DNA of 32,000 nucleotides from Nostoc punctiforme PCC 73102 (GTDB lineage Bacteria; Cyanobacteriota; Cyanobacteriia; Cyanobacteriales; Nostocaceae): NCBI RefSeq assembly GCF_000020025.1, contig NC_010632.1, positions 180,001 to 212,000 of the forward strand, read 5' to 3'. Shown piece by piece: positions 31,442 to 32,000 of this stretch (position 1 is its first letter; each line of letters starts with the position of its first letter). The notes under the pieces were generated by a model. It saw only the letters and a program-made list of their open reading frames with translations, ran no database searches and was not told where the DNA came from. The position numbers and the translations under genes were made by a program.

Positions 31442-32000
31442 ATGAGCAAATCTTTCAAAATAAATAGCGCTAATCCTCAAGGATTTCGATTTGAGCGATT
31501 ACAAAATCATAATGACGCAATTGGCAAGTACACTCACTCTCTTTTCACCCCCAATGGACTAACAGTTTTGTCCTTACTTGGTGCTTATATTTTGATGAGG
31601 GTATTTTTTGGCGATGGTAACAAAAAGAAAATCGCTACCTCTTATTGGGGTGGTGGTAAAGAAACTGCTACTGCTCAGAAAAAAGCCATCTTGCAAATCG
31701 TCAATCCCCAATGTGATAGTGCGGCACTTTACATTGGTAAGCATCAGGGAAAAGGTGGTGGCGCTACTTTCTATATACCTGACGTGCAACGAGGTACAGC
31801 CGTCATCGGCGCTCCCGGTAGTGGAAAAACATTCAGCGCCATCAACCCGATGATTTACTCGGCAATTGATCAGGAATTTCCATGTATAGTTTATGACTTC
31901 AAATACCCATCTCAAGCGAAAGTTGCTGCTTATGCTAAATATAAGGGCTATGATGTTCACATCTTTGCACCGGGATTTCCTGAATCTGAAGTCTGCAATC
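31442..32000 (+). CDS. Type IV coupling protein (VirD4/TraG/TraD-like ATPase), N-terminal 186 codons; continues beyond the window
   Basis: This ORF is absent from the track because it has no stop in the window. My translation from the ATG at 31442 is open to base 32000. It reads MSKSFKINSANPQG...GLTVLSLLGAYILMRVFF (TM) ...ATFYIPDVQRGTAVIGAPGSGKTFSAINPMIYSAIDQEFPCIVYDFKYP. Walker A codons are at 31808-31831. It starts 2 nt after the previous stop. Confidence 0.85.
   Translation, partial: MSKSFKINSANPQGFRFERLQNHNDAIGKYTHSLFTPNGLTVLSLLGAYILMRVFFGDGNKKKIATSYWGGGKETATAQKKAILQIVNPQCDSAALYIGKHQGKGGGATFYIPDVQRGTAVIGAPGSGKTFSAINPMIYSAIDQEFPCIVYDFKYPSQAKVAAYAKYKGYDVHIFAPGFPESEVCN

Noticed and set aside
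31574-31960. Track ORFs 31574-31960 (-) and 31608-31853 (+)
   Set aside because: Both overlap the open frame-2 ORF from 31442 that encodes a clear T4CP N-terminus with a Walker A motif. They have no motifs of their own.

Overview
The window looks like a segment of a conjugative plasmid, or an ICE-like element, from a filamentous heterocyst-forming cyanobacterium of the Nostoc/Anabaena type. Three things support that origin: at least 10 copies of the HIP1 octamer GCGATCGC, several hairpin elements whose arms are tandem heptamer (STRR-like) arrays, and cyanobacteria-typical gene families.

The window has three blocks.

(1) 1-10.2 kb, visibly AT-rich. This is an envelope-directed module followed by a short STAND NTPase. 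It contains:
- a two-partner-secretion pair: a TpsA beta-helix exoprotein (5' end off-window) and a ShlB/FhaC-type TpsB
- a signal-anchored TPR-CHAT (caspase-like) protease
- a convergent secreted DUF928-like protein
- a receptor-type Ser/Thr kinase (Cys4 zinc ribbon, kinase, TM helix, TPR repeats)
- a divergently transcribed, short HTH-STAND (NB-ARC-like) NTPase

(2) 10.4-20.2 kb, visibly more GC-rich. This is the plasmid maintenance core plus decay products. It contains:
- a 1250-aa CyRepA1-type primase-helicase replication protein that carries in-frame repeat insertions
- a Xer-like tyrosine recombinase flanked by strong inverted repeats
- a chimeric ORF made of an IS630-type transposase N-terminus fused to a 5'-truncated RecD2-like helicase with altered motifs
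- a frameshifted, deleted relic of a second CyRepA gene
- a lipoprotein gene

(3) 21.2-32 kb. This is a tightly packed 10-gene type IV secretion/conjugation operon that runs off the window. It has secure VirB4 and coupling-protein ATPases and a VirB10-like protein. The other genes are position- and topology-based candidates for VirB2, B3, B5, B6, B8 and B9. It is most likely the poorly characterised cyanobacterial MPF_C class.

The best candidates for an undescribed system are the TPS-CHAT-DUF928-kinase envelope module and the cyanobacterial T4SS. No rRNA, tRNA or CRISPR array was found.
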